A stretch of DNA of 64,000 bases from Chitinophagales bacterium (GTDB lineage Bacteria > Bacteroidota > Bacteroidia > Chitinophagales > BACL12). The notes under the pieces are model-generated. The model had not been told where the DNA came from. It did not search any database and worked only from the letters and a program-made list of their open reading frames with translations. Of the stretch, positions 26,401-36,301 are shown one piece after another (position 1 is the first letter of the stretch; the number at the start of each line of letters is the position of its first letter). Both the position numbers and the translations under genes were made by a program. The DNA is taken from assembly GCA_041751015.1 (NCBI GenBank), contig JBGSYF010000017.1:4913-68912 (forward strand). The letters run 5' to 3'.

Positions 26401-29118
26401 ATGCATCAGTTGATCGTTTCAGCGCGCGTCGCTTTGTTATGGCTATGCCTTTTTGTCGGGGGAAGGGCGGCTGTGGCTCAGTCCGGAGGGGGAGTGCTTT
26501 CCGGCATGGGGCTGGACAGCAATGCTGTTGAGTACGGCACACCCCAGGAGTACATCATCGCGGGAACCGAGGTGCGCGGCCTGAGCAGCCTGGACGAAAA
26601 AAGCCTGATCACCCGTTCGGGCCTTGACCCGGGCAAGAGCATCTCCCTGCCCGGCGACGTGACGGCTACAGCCATCAAGAGCTTGTGGAAGCTGGAGCTA
26701 TTCTCCGACATCTCCATCTACATCGACCGCGTTGTAGGCAACCAGGTCTTTCTGGTCATTGAAACCCGCGAACTCCCCAGAGTCAGCAAGTTTTCCCTTT
26801 CCGGGGCCAAGAAAGGCGAGAGCGACGATATCCGCGAGCGGATCTCCCTGATCAGAGGCACCCCCTACAAGGATCACGTGCGGCAGAACATCATCAATCA
26901 GGTGCGTTCCTACTACGGCGACAAGGGATACCTCAAGGCCGATGCCACGGTCATTGAAAAACCCGATACCCTGGGAAGCAACAATGTGATCCTGGACATC
27001 ATCGTAGACAAGGGTCCCAAGGTGCGGATCAACCGAATCTTTATTGAGGGCAACGAGGCCCTGAGCGATGGTACGGTGCGCAAGAAGATGAAGGACACCA
27101 AGGAAAAGTTTCGCTTCAATCCCGTGCAGGAAGGAGACAGTTCCCTGATCGGCTGGTCAGTTCTGAGGCCGGACAATCTCATTCACTATCTGGCGAACAT
27201 CTCTTCAGGCAGCATCAGAGAGCTGACCAGCGATCGTTTCCAGTTGAATATTTTCTCCTCGTCCAAGTTTCTGGAGAGCAACTACGAGGTGGACAAGAAC
27301 CTGATCATACAGCACTACAATACCAAGGGTTACCGGGATGCGAGAGTGGCCTCCGACACGGTTTACTTCCTCGATAATGAAACGCTCAATATCATCGTTC
27401 GCATTGACGAAGGGCCGCAGTACTATTTCCGCCACATCACCTGGGCGGGCAACAGCAAATACAGCGGACGCAGCGTTGCCGGTGGGCCAGCCGGTCGTCT
27501 GGATTCGGTGCTGACCATACAAAGAGGCGATCTGTACAATGCCGAAAGGCTTGAAAGCAAGTTGCAGTTTGACCCCAATGGCCTGGATGTCACCTCTCTG
27601 TACATGGATGATGGCTACCTGTTCTTCGGAGTTACTCCGGTGGAAGTGCGGGTGGAGAACGATTCCATTGATCTGGAGATCAGGATCTCCGAAGGCCCGC
27701 AGGCCATCGTGCGCAATGTCTTTATCCGGGGAAACACCCGCACCAACGAACACGTCATACGCCGCGAAATCCGCTCCCGCCCGGGGGATAAATTCAGCCG
27801 CGCTGATCTGATAAGAACTCAGCGGGAGATCGCGAATCTGGGCTTCTTTGATCCCCAGCAGATTGGGATGAATCCCATCCCCAATCCGACCGATGGCACA
27901 GTTGATCTGGAGTTTACCGTGGTGGAAAAACCCTCGGATCAGCTAGAACTCAGCGCGGGCTGGGGCGGACTCGGACGAGGTGTTGTCGGTTCGGTCGGTG
28001 TGGCCTTCAACAATTTCTCCATCCAGAACATGTTCAAGCGCGAAGCCTGGAAACCCCTTCCCCAGGGAGATGGACAAAGGCTTTCCTTCAGGGTCAATAC
28101 CAACGGGCGGCTTTTCCAGTCGTACAACATGTCCTTTACGGAACCCTGGTTGGGAGGTCGCAAGCCCAATAGCCTGACATTCAGCCTCTTCCGAACTCTT
28201 TTGAGCAACAACATTGCCCGAAACACCGAAGGACGGCGCAGTTTCTCTACCGATGGAGGTACCCTGGCATACGGCATAAGGCTCAAGTGGCCCGATGACT
28301 ACTTCAGCTTCCTGACGGCATTGAGCCTTCAACACTATACCCTGACTGATTGGACCCAGAGCAATTTCTTCCTGCAAAACGGAAGCCTTTACAACCTGAG
28401 CACCAATTTCACGCTGAGCCGCAACTCCTCCGGTCCAAATCCCTATTTCCCCCAACAGGGCAGCAATATTGGGCTGAGTCTGGAGGTCACGCCGCCTTAC
28501 TCGGCTTTCAGCAACAAGAATTATGCATTGCTGCCTCCCGCTGAGCGTTTTCGCCTCATCGAGTACCACAAGTGGCGCTTTAACGCCCAGTGGTTCACCC
28601 CGCTGACCGGCAAGTTTGTGTTGCGCACCTCCGCTAAGATGGGCTATATCGGCTTTTACAATTCGGCCATTGGCCATTCGAGCTTTGAGCAGTTCCAGCT
28701 CGGCGGCGATGGACTGGCCAATTTCAATCTCGAGGGCTTTGATGTGATTGCCCTGCGCGGTTACCAGCCCTTCCAGAATGTCAATGGCGCTACCCTGAAC
28801 TCGCCGATCTTCAACAAATTCACCATAGATATTCGCTATCCCATCAGTCTCAATCCCAGCTCAACAGTTTACGCTCATGTCTTTGCGGAAGGGGGAAATC
28901 TCTATACCCGCTTTGACCAGTACAATCCATTTGAGCTGAGAAGGGCCGTAGGTTTTGGAGTAAGAGCCTTCCTGCCTATGTTTGGACTGCTTGGAATTGA
29001 TTATGGCATAAGATTTGATAATGGACCTACGGAACCCCTCGTGGAGACCGATGGAGTCTTCGATTACATCCTGAACAACGGCCGCTTTAGCATTATTCTT
29101 GGCTTCGAGCCGGAGTAA
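26401..29118 (+). CDS. bamA: outer membrane protein assembly factor BamA
   Basis: 905 aa. Multiple POTRA repeats (IFIEGNEALSD, VFIRGNTRTNEHVIRREI) and an Omp85 barrel. Sits between uppS and the ompH genes. Confidence 0.92.
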   Translation: MHQLIVSARVALLWLCLFVGGRAAVAQSGGGVLSGMGLDSNAVEYGTPQEYIIAGTEVRGLSSLDEKSLITRSGLDPGKSISLPGDVTATAIKSLWKLELFSDISIYIDRVVGNQVFLVIETRELPRVSKFSLSGAKKGESDDIRERISLIRGTPYKDHVRQNIINQVRSYYGDKGYLKADATVIEKPDTLGSNNVILDIIVDKGPKVRINRIFIEGNEALSDGTVRKKMKDTKEKFRFNPVQEGDSSLIGWSVLRPDNLIHYLANISSGSIRELTSDRFQLNIFSSSKFLESNYEVDKNLIIQHYNTKGYRDARVASDTVYFLDNETLNIIVRIDEGPQYYFRHITWAGNSKYSGRSVAGGPAGRLDSVLTIQRGDLYNAERLESKLQFDPNGLDVTSLYMDDGYLFFGVTPVEVRVENDSIDLEIRISEGPQAIVRNVFIRGNTRTNEHVIRREIRSRPGDKFSRADLIRTQREIANLGFFDPQQIGMNPIPNPTDGTVDLEFTVVEKPSDQLELSAGWGGLGRGVVGSVGVAFNNFSIQNMFKREAWKPLPQGDGQRLSFRVNTNGRLFQSYNMSFTEPWLGGRKPNSLTFSLFRTLLSNNIARNTEGRRSFSTDGGTLAYGIRLKWPDDYFSFLTALSLQHYTLTDWTQSNFFLQNGSLYNLSTNFTLSRNSSGPNPYFPQQGSNIGLSLEVTPPYSAFSNKNYALLPPAERFRLIEYHKWRFNAQWFTPLTGKFVLRTSAKMGYIGFYNSAIGHSSFEQFQLGGDGLANFNLEGFDVIALRGYQPFQNVNGATLNSPIFNKFTIDIRYPISLNPSSTVYAHVFAEGGNLYTRFDQYNPFELRRAVGFGVRAFLPMFGLLGIDYGIRFDNGPTEPLVETDGVFDYILNNGRFSIILGFEPE

Positions 29119-29139
29119 GTGAACAGCCGATTGAAAAAA

Positions 29140-29658
29140 ATGTCTATGAACAAGTTACTGCTTTTGTGTTGCGTTGCCTTTATGGCATTTGGAACCACCC
29201 AGGCGCAGCGTTTCGCCTACGTCAACACCGATGTTATCCTGGACCGGATAGATGATTACAAAACTGCCCAGGCAGAACTCAATAAGATCACCGAGGTTTG
29301 GAGAACAGAAGCAACGGCCAAGCGCACCGGTATTGAGACCATGTATCGCGACTTTCAAAATGATCGCGTATTGCTGACCAAAGAGCAGGAAGACCTGAGA
29401 ATCAAGGAGATAGAAGCCAAAGAAGAGGAGCTGAAGAACTTTCAGCAACAGAAATTCGGCTTTGAAGGCGAGCTCTTTCAGAAGCGTCAGGAGTTGGTCA
29501 AACCCATCCAGGACCGGGTCTATAACGCCATTCAGGAACTGGCTAAAGACCGCGGATTTGATTTCATCTTTGATCAGGCCAACAGCACAACCCTGCTCTA
29601 CGTCAACCCCGATAACGACCGGAGTGAAGACGTACTCAAGCGCATGGGTGTTAAATAA
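29140..29658 (+). CDS. OmpH/Skp family periplasmic chaperone
   Basis: Signal peptide, then FAYVNTDVILD... and a coiled-coil KEQEDL/EEELK region. ATG 29140 is preferred (GTG 29119 is the alternative). Confidence 0.8.
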   Translation: MSMNKLLLLCCVAFMAFGTTQAQRFAYVNTDVILDRIDDYKTAQAELNKITEVWRTEATAKRTGIETMYRDFQNDRVLLTKEQEDLRIKEIEAKEEELKNFQQQKFGFEGELFQKRQELVKPIQDRVYNAIQELAKDRGFDFIFDQANSTTLLYVNPDNDRSEDVLKRMGVK

Positions 29659-29711
29659 GCTCCGACTTTGCCATCAATAGCTTTTTAAATGCTTAGTTTC
29701 GCGCACCTAAA

Positions 29712-30233
29712 ATGAAATTTTCCATGAATCTGTACTCCACGGCGCTCCTGCTCGCCGCCTCTCTGAGCTTCACGGGATGCGCACAGGCGCAATCCCAGGT
29801 CAAACTCGGCCATGTCAACTTTCAGGAACTGCTGGCCAGTATGCCAGAGGCCAAGACGCTGCAAGCACAGTTAGAGGCCTATGGCGAAGAACTTCAGCAA
29901 ACGTACAACCAGTACATCACCGAATTGCAAACCCGCCAGCGCGACTATCAGTCCAACGCCGGTACATGGAGCGAAGTGAAGCGCGAAGCCTCTGAGAAGG
30001 ATATTCAGAGCCTGGTTGCCCGAATTGAAGATTTCCAGACGACCAGTCAGGACAAATTGCTGGCCAAGCAAAATGAGCTGATGAACCCGGTCATTGAAAA
30101 GGCCCAGAAGGCTGTAGAAGCCGTGGGCAATGAAAACGGCTTTACCTACATCATGGATGCGGGTAACCTGCTCCATATGGGCACGGGTGCACAGGACGTG
30201 ATGCCCATGGTCAAGGCCAAACTCAACTTGTAA
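29712..30233 (+). CDS. OmpH/Skp family periplasmic chaperone (second copy)
   Basis: Signal peptide/lipobox-like FTGCAQ, KLGHVNFQELL and a coiled-coil core. Confidence 0.8.
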   Translation: MKFSMNLYSTALLLAASLSFTGCAQAQSQVKLGHVNFQELLASMPEAKTLQAQLEAYGEELQQTYNQYITELQTRQRDYQSNAGTWSEVKREASEKDIQSLVARIEDFQTTSQDKLLAKQNELMNPVIEKAQKAVEAVGNENGFTYIMDAGNLLHMGTGAQDVMPMVKAKLNL

Positions 30234-30245
30234 TCCCGTCGTCCA

Positions 30246-31061
30246 TTGCGCGACGACCGCCCCATCGGGATATTTGACAGCGGCATTGGCGGCCTGACGG
30301 TCGCCAATGCTATTTTACAGCGCTTGCCCAAGGAGCGCATGGTCTATTTTGGCGATACGGCCCACTTGCCCTACGGAGACAAATCGGCTCACGCCATCCG
30401 GCACTATGCTGAGGCCATTACCTTGTTTTTGATGGAGAAGCAGTGCAAGGCCCTGGTGATTGCCTGTAATTCCGCCTCCGCTGCGGCCTACTTGTTTCTG
30501 CAGCGCAAGTACGCCCGGCATTTTCCCATCTTCAATGTGATCGATCCGGTGATTGACAAAGTCAGCTCGCGGAAAGAGCTCCACACCATAGGGGTCATTG
30601 GCACCAAGGCCACCATCCGATCGGGCATCTTCCCGAGGAAATTCCGTCAGAGCCGGGCAGATCTGGTGGTTAGAAGCCAGGCTACCCCGCTGCTGGCTCC
30701 GATGATCGAAGAGGGTTTCTTCAACAATACCATCTCCCGCGCCGTACTTCAGTCCTATCTGGGCAAACCGATGTTCCGCAACATTCAGGGCCTGGTCATG
30801 GCTTGTACCCATTACCCGCTCATTCGGCGCGACATAGAATGGTTCTACAACGGCAAGGACATTGAACTCTTTGACACCCCTGCTGTGGTCGCCGATGAGG
30901 TAGCCAGGGTCATGAAGCAGGAAGGCTTGTTGCGCCATCGCAAGTCCACGGCGGAAAACGAATTCTACGTCTCTGACTACACCGATTCCTTTGAGAAGAC
31001 CACAAGGATCTTCTGGGGCGAGAAGATTCATCTTCAGGAGGCAAGGCTCAAGGAGATCTGA
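30246..31061 (+). CDS. murI: glutamate racemase
   Basis: IGIFDSGIGGLTV, VIACNSASA, ACTHYP (both catalytic Cys motifs). TTG start. Confidence 0.9.
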   Translation: MRDDRPIGIFDSGIGGLTVANAILQRLPKERMVYFGDTAHLPYGDKSAHAIRHYAEAITLFLMEKQCKALVIACNSASAAAYLFLQRKYARHFPIFNVIDPVIDKVSSRKELHTIGVIGTKATIRSGIFPRKFRQSRADLVVRSQATPLLAPMIEEGFFNNTISRAVLQSYLGKPMFRNIQGLVMACTHYPLIRRDIEWFYNGKDIELFDTPAVVADEVARVMKQEGLLRHRKSTAENEFYVSDYTDSFEKTTRIFWGEKIHLQEARLKEI

Positions 31062-31119
31062 GCATCAAGCCAGAGCCGGGAATGTGCGCTTCAAATCGTG
31101 TACCACACAACAGACCCAT

Positions 31120-31155
31120 AAAAAAAACCCGGCCATATCAGCCGGGATTTTCTTT
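31120..31155 (+). terminator. rho-independent terminator after murI (A-tract / stem / T-tract, possibly bidirectional)
   Basis: A8 CCCGGC catatca GCCGGG ATTTTCTTT. Confidence 0.6.
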
Positions 31156-31282
31156 GCCCCTTCCTCAGCCCTTTCCACCGGGAGCGGAAATCAGCTTGTG
31201 GAACGCGGCGTAGTTGTCATGTTAAATGCTTTCGTGCCCAGATGCCGGAGCGGTGCTCCCGGCACCGTCCGTTTCTGCTTTC

Positions 31283-32698
31283 TTAGCGCAGTACCGTAAA
31301 GGCCTGGCTGTGTCTGCTCTCACCGGTATCCAGAACCAGCCAGTAGTGGCCCTGATCCAGACCCGTCGTCAATTGGCGCTGTTGTGCACCGGCTGGAATA
31401 AACTCCGGAGCATAGCTCTTTACCAGGCGACCCATAGCGTCGAAGATGTTCATGCTGACTTTGGCTCCTTCCACCATACCCAGGTTGATCCAGAGATCTC
31501 CGTAGCCGGGATTGGGACCTGCGCTGAAGCTGAACAACAGGTCGTTGGAGGGAATGCCCGTCGTTGTGCTGCATTCTTCCACCACTACTTCAACAGAAGC
31601 CTCCGCTGTGCAACCAAAGGCGTCGCTGACCACTACGCTGTAGGTGCTGGTCTCGCTGGGGCTGACAAAGGGATTTTGCGAAATCGCACCGTTGCTCCAC
31701 AGATAGCTCAGGCCACCTTCGGCAAACAACTGAGTAGTGGCACCGCGGCAGATCATCGGGTGGGCGGTAGTGGCTATGGCCACTGGCTCAGGACGAACCG
31801 ATACGTGTACCAGACCCAGCGATACACAGGAATTGGAATCGGCTGCGGTCAATAAGTAGTATGTGCTCTCATCCGGAGATGCGGTTGGTGTGGGCGAAGT
31901 TGGATTGTCAAGGCCGACCACGGGGCTCCAGCTATAGCTGATGGCACCGCTTGCGCTCAGCGCGACAGAAGCACCCGGGCAAACACTTCCACCTCCGGAG
32001 ATGGAGAAAACCTGACCGGCTCCAGCACCCATACGGGGGCTCAGTGATCGAACAAAGCCAGAGGCATCTACCAATTCGGTAGCACCGGCTTCTTCGTCAA
32101 AATGCCAAAGGGCCAACGTCTGAGCATCGGGACTGAAAGGTCCGTTGGGATTGAAAGGACCCGTGTAGCGAATAATGTTGCTCACCCGCATTTCATCCAG
32201 GTACCCATCAAAGTAAGCCCCTGAACCCGTTACGTCGCGGCCAACAACAAAATTGGCGGCGGGACTGAATTCTGCCGTAAAGCTCCCCAGCGAACGACCG
32301 CTCAGATAGACGGTGTTGGTCGAAGTGGCGCTTTCGTGCAACAAGGCAATATGCTGCCAGCCTGTAGCGGACAGTGTAGCTTCAATGATCTGATCCACAG
32401 CGGTCAGCGGACCACCAGAACCCTGCATCTGAACGCGCAACTGGGTAGAGCTGATCACGCTGATCGCCAGACCCTCTCCGCTCATGGCATCGCGGGCATC
32501 GACAATATAGCCGGTTGATCCGCAGGTGCGCACCCAGGTTTCTATGGTAAAATCCTGCCCGGCGGGCAGTAAAGTCCCGGCAAATGATGCCTCTGCGTAG
32601 TCATCCGCTCCGTCAAGCGACAGAAAACCCGAATACGGTTGGGCATAGCTCAGCAAAACCGATACGGTCAGGCCAACTATTAGAGAAATACGATACAT
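31283..32698 (-). CDS. LamG/concanavalin-like domain protein with two Ig-like modules and type A T9SS C-terminal domain
   Basis: ATG 32698 gives the signal peptide MYRISLIVGLTVSVLLSYAQ. LSLDGADDYAE...GYLDEMRVSN is LamG-like. There are two Cys-containing Ig-like repeats. The C-terminal region NIFDAMGRLV...GHYWLVL...FTVLR looks like a CTD. Confidence 0.75.
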   Translation of the reverse strand: MYRISLIVGLTVSVLLSYAQPYSGFLSLDGADDYAEASFAGTLLPAGQDFTIETWVRTCGSTGYIVDARDAMSGEGLAISVISSTQLRVQMQGSGGPLTAVDQIIEATLSATGWQHIALLHESATSTNTVYLSGRSLGSFTAEFSPAANFVVGRDVTGSGAYFDGYLDEMRVSNIIRYTGPFNPNGPFSPDAQTLALWHFDEEAGATELVDASGFVRSLSPRMGAGAGQVFSISGGGSVCPGASVALSASGAISYSWSPVVGLDNPTSPTPTASPDESTYYLLTAADSNSCVSLGLVHVSVRPEPVAIATTAHPMICRGATTQLFAEGGLSYLWSNGAISQNPFVSPSETSTYSVVVSDAFGCTAEASVEVVVEECSTTTGIPSNDLLFSFSAGPNPGYGDLWINLGMVEGAKVSMNIFDAMGRLVKSYAPEFIPAGAQQRQLTTGLDQGHYWLVLDTGESRHSQAFTVLR

Positions 32699-33039
32699 AA
32701 GAAAAGTAAATTGTGTTACCGATGGTTCAATACTTAATGGATAAGCCGGCTGAACAACAGCATCCGGCGACATCAGCAGATACGCCCTGAAACGAAGCGG
32801 AGTTACCACATAGAAATCCGTTCTAATTCGTTGACATTCAGCACATAACTTCTCAACAAAACACCCCGGACTTGCCTTAATCAAATCATTGGCAGCCCAG
32901 TACACATTAGTTTTCAGGGAGCTGTTAAGATGCTGCCTGGCATATAAAGCTCAATGCCTATGTATAAGGTCAAAGGCCTCAGTCAGAAAAAATTTGCCCT
33001 TAAACGAAAAAATGTTGTCCGGGTCTGACCAAAAGGCTC

Positions 33040-34170
33040 TTAATCATTTATACAGCTAAGTTCTGCATTAATGGCCAATTGAAGAGCCGGGGCATCTACA
33101 TCGCTGTAAATACCGCGGTAAGACAAAGCTCGGATTGCATCGCGCTGCAGATCCAGCGATGATTGGGCTACAGCATAGGCCCATCCCATATCCTTATAGT
33201 ACCTGGCCAGATATTCCTGTTCGGGCTGTCCCGGGGTGGGAATCAGCAAGGCCTTCTTTCCCAATATTGCCAAATCCATCAGACTGCTGTAACCCGAACG
33301 GCATATGACCAGCTCAGCCTGTTGCACAGCCCGGCACAAGAGCGGTCCGGGCAGATGCGGGACTTCGATCAAAGCACCGCGTTTTACCCACTCTACGGCC
33401 TGCCCCGTCTGGCCGGGTTGCCCGGAAACCAGCACACATCCCTCGCCAATCTGGGTAGCCTGTTTGCGCAACGCATCCCGGAACCCGCTAGCCGCGGGCT
33501 CCGGCCCGGATACCAAAAACAAAAAGCGAATTGGTTCCGGCCAGTCCTTCATGGCCGGCAAGGTATCCTCTACGCCCGCAAATCGGGAAAGGGGACCGAT
33601 ATAAGTCGGACTGAGGGGCAGAGCTTCGTCCCGGCTTAGCTCGCCGCTCAGATTCTGCTGCTGAGCGCGATCGGGAATCCACAAAGCATCAAAACCCTTC
33701 AACTGTTTTCGCATAAAGCGGCGAAACAAGGTGTCGGCCAAAGGCAGAGACGGATAGCAAACCCGCAATTGATGAGTCAGCAAAACACTGCGGCAATCCG
33801 GGTGGCGGAAACCATATCGGTTGTCCGAGATGATCAGATCGACATGGCGCTTCTGCAAGAACTTGTCCAGCCAGACCCGTTCCTGTTCAATACTCCTTAG
33901 AAAAGCCGGACTCTGCCGGATCATGGACCAGGTGACCTTCCCATTCTGAGCATAGCTCACCTTGAAACCCGGTGTCTCTAACCATTCCAACGAGGGAAAG
34001 GCCTCGCGGAGCAGAACCAGACTCTGCCCTTCAGCCGCCAAGAGTACGGTACAGCCCATCGCGTTCAATTGCCTGATCAGCGGAACACAACGTGTGGCGT
34101 GACCCAGACCCCAATTCAGAGCTGTGATCAGGACAACAGGAGAGGGATTTGGGTTCTGCACAACAGGCAT
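33040..34170 (-). CDS. glycosyltransferase (MurG/GT28-like, GT-B fold)
   Basis: ITALNWGLGHATRCVPLIRQL N-terminal motif and C-terminal GYSSLMDLAILGKKALLIPTPGQPEQ. ATG 34170 is preferred over 34212. Confidence 0.75.
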   Translation of the reverse strand: MPVVQNPNPSPVVLITALNWGLGHATRCVPLIRQLNAMGCTVLLAAEGQSLVLLREAFPSLEWLETPGFKVSYAQNGKVTWSMIRQSPAFLRSIEQERVWLDKFLQKRHVDLIISDNRYGFRHPDCRSVLLTHQLRVCYPSLPLADTLFRRFMRKQLKGFDALWIPDRAQQQNLSGELSRDEALPLSPTYIGPLSRFAGVEDTLPAMKDWPEPIRFLFLVSGPEPAASGFRDALRKQATQIGEGCVLVSGQPGQTGQAVEWVKRGALIEVPHLPGPLLCRAVQQAELVICRSGYSSLMDLAILGKKALLIPTPGQPEQEYLARYYKDMGWAYAVAQSSLDLQRDAIRALSYRGIYSDVDAPALQLAINAELSCIND

Positions 34171-34271
34171 AAAGAAGCGCTTTAAGCCTTGTAAAGGGCC
34201 AACGCCGCCCAATATTCCCTAAATTTACCCCAACACCCAAGTCCGCAGTCAAGCAATGCTCGGGTTTACTC

Positions 34272-34478
34272 ATGAAAGCATCAAAAGCGCCACACATCTC
34301 AACATCCCTGAGTGCCATCTTCCGATTCAGCTTCAGCGTCATGCTCATCAGCTTGGGCTTGAGCGGTTGCGGCTTATTCAAAGGAGGCTCCTGTGATTGC
34401 CCTACATTCGGGCAGGAAGTGTGGCCGGCCGATGCGACCACCGTAACTTTAGACGTCGAAATTGACCCTTCCCTATGA
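34272..34478 (+). CDS. candidate 68-aa lipoprotein with CxC motif, translationally coupled to ferritin
   Basis: Basic N-terminus, hydrophobic core and lipobox LGLSGC, then GGSCDCPTFG. The stop overlaps the ferritin ATG (ATGA at 34475..34478). It prefers C-ending codons like its neighbours. The short length makes the call uncertain. Confidence 0.4.
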   Translation: MKASKAPHISTSLSAIFRFSFSVMLISLGLSGCGLFKGGSCDCPTFGQEVWPADATTVTLDVEIDPSL

Positions 34479-34996
34479 TCTCTGACAAGATTGAAAAAGC
34501 GCTGAACAAGCAAATTGCCGTAGAAGCCAATGCCGCTTTCACCTACCTGAGCATGGCATCATGGGCAGACTCAAACGGCATTGAAGGAGCAGCAGCTTTT
34601 TTCTACACGCACGCCGAAGAGGAGCATGCACACATGATGAAGATTGTTCATTTTCTCAATGAAGTTGGTGGAAAGGCGGTGATTCCCTCCGTTCCTCAGC
34701 CCGCTGAAGCCTACGACAGCATACAGGAGATCTGCAAAAAGGCTTTCAAGCACGAGCAGCAGGTCAGCAAGTCCATCCACTCCATCGTGGAGATGGCCCG
34801 CGAGGAAAACGACCACGTCGTAGATGAGTTTTTGCGCTGGTTTGTAGATGAACAAAAAGAAGAGGAAGTCTTGTTCATGCGCGTGATGGACAAAATCAAA
34901 CTCATTGGCGAAGGCGGATTGAGTCTGTACTACATTGACAAAGAACTCAGCGCGCTCAACGATGCCGCCAAATCTGCTGCGCAAAAAGAAGCTTGA
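34475..34996 (+). CDS. non-heme ferritin
   Basis: KIEKALNKQIAVEANAAFTYLSMASW, AEEEHAHMMK, ferroxidase-centre Glu/His pattern. 173 aa. Confidence 0.9.
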   Translation: MISDKIEKALNKQIAVEANAAFTYLSMASWADSNGIEGAAAFFYTHAEEEHAHMMKIVHFLNEVGGKAVIPSVPQPAEAYDSIQEICKKAFKHEQQVSKSIHSIVEMAREENDHVVDEFLRWFVDEQKEEEVLFMRVMDKIKLIGEGGLSLYYIDKELSALNDAAKSAAQKEA

Positions 34997-35051
34997 TTCC
35001 CGGATTGACCACAATCATGTTCAGCGGTGTAACAGCCATTCCCTCTAAGAG

Positions 35052-36170
35052 ATGAAAAGTGCTCGCATAGATTACATCAATATAGGTTTGATGCTCCTCT
35101 CCTGTGCGGTGGCTTTTGTCATCCCCTTTGAGCTCTTCCTGTTTTCCTATGCCGTGCTGGGGCCGCTCCACTACCTGACTGAAATCTCCTGGTTGCACAA
35201 ACGCAATTACTTTTCCCTCAAAGGAAAAGACTGGTCTATTTTATATGTGACTGGTTTGCTGATCTTGTTCTTCACCTTCTTCAGCGAACTGGCCATATGG
35301 CTGGCGGGCCCGGATGTCAAAACCATTCGGGATCTCTACGAGGTCTCGCCGGGCTTGTATGAAACTGCCGTGTGGATGAGCAATCACACCACCGGTCTGA
35401 CCTTCTTTGCCTTTGGTTCAGCGCTGATCATGATCCTGGTGCAGAGCACTACAGCGCGCCTGGGGGCATATGCCATACTGGCGCTGGTGGGCTATGGGCT
35501 GTCTGAAAACTTTGGCAACTCCGGCGCTGATCCCCGCTTTTTCTACCTGCTCTTTGCCATTTTCATCCCTACACTCATTCACGTTTTCTTCTTCACCGCC
35601 GCTTTTATGCTCTATGGTGCGCTGAAGAGCAACAGCAAGGTTGGCCTGGCCAGTGTGGGAATACTCGGGCTGTGCGCCGCCAGCTTCTTTGTGTTCAGAC
35701 CCGAGGGCATGTTCCTGATTTCGAACTACGCCCGGGGGAGTTACGACGAATCTTTCTTCTCGCTCAACGTTGAAGTATTGCGCATTCTCGTGCCCTCTAT
35801 GGTCATGGAAGACGGCAAACTGGTGGAATCCGGCATGCTTAGCTCCTTTGTCTACAGCAGCACCTGGGGCATCGTCATAACCCGCTTCATCGCCTTTGCC
35901 TACACCTATCACTATTTGAACTGGTTCAGCAAGACCAAGATCATCCGCTGGCATGAAGTGCCCCGCTACTGGCTGATTTCTGTGTTTGCGCTCTGGGGTA
36001 TCTCCATCGCGCTCTACGCCTATAACTACCGGGTGGGGCTTATGGCCTTGTACTTTCTCTCCTTTTTACACGTCTTTTTAGAGTTCCCGCTCAATTGGGT
36101 TTCCTTCAAAGGCATAGGTGAGGAATTGGGAAAGATCGGCTCGCGCAAGGGCGCAGCGGCCAAGGCTTGA
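35052..36170 (+). CDS. polytopic membrane protein, uncharacterised, with two HxxxE motifs
   Basis: 372 aa with about 9-10 hydrophobic segments. PLHYLTE is at 35169..35183 and LHVFLE at 36069..36083. Sits 55 nt after ferritin with no clear terminator between them. Confidence 0.65.
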   Translation: MKSARIDYINIGLMLLSCAVAFVIPFELFLFSYAVLGPLHYLTEISWLHKRNYFSLKGKDWSILYVTGLLILFFTFFSELAIWLAGPDVKTIRDLYEVSPGLYETAVWMSNHTTGLTFFAFGSALIMILVQSTTARLGAYAILALVGYGLSENFGNSGADPRFFYLLFAIFIPTLIHVFFFTAAFMLYGALKSNSKVGLASVGILGLCAASFFVFRPEGMFLISNYARGSYDESFFSLNVEVLRILVPSMVMEDGKLVESGMLSSFVYSSTWGIVITRFIAFAYTYHYLNWFSKTKIIRWHEVPRYWLISVFALWGISIALYAYNYRVGLMALYFLSFLHVFLEFPLNWVSFKGIGEELGKIGSRKGAAAKA

Positions 36171-36193
36171 GGCTTCGCGGCACCTGACTACTG

Positions 36194-36216
36194 AAGCGCT
36201 GCTCCAGCGACTTTTT
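36194..36216 (+). terminator. hairpin plus T-run after the membrane-protein gene
   Basis: AAG CGCTG ctc CAGCG ACTTTTT. A 5-bp core, extendable with one bulge, followed by T5. Confidence 0.5.
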
Positions 36217-36301
36217 ACCCACTTTCCCGACTTTTTCTGAAAAACCGTTGAACAATACAACGTGTTTTTTGTATGTTGTGCATAGGTCTAAAGCCCCCCT
36301 C

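Noticed and set aside
34031-34513. 160-aa minus-strand ORF across the glycosyltransferase-ferritin intergenic region
   Set aside because: It is in a different frame from the glycosyltransferase, has no recognisable features, and overlaps the better-supported lipoprotein ORF and the ferritin start.
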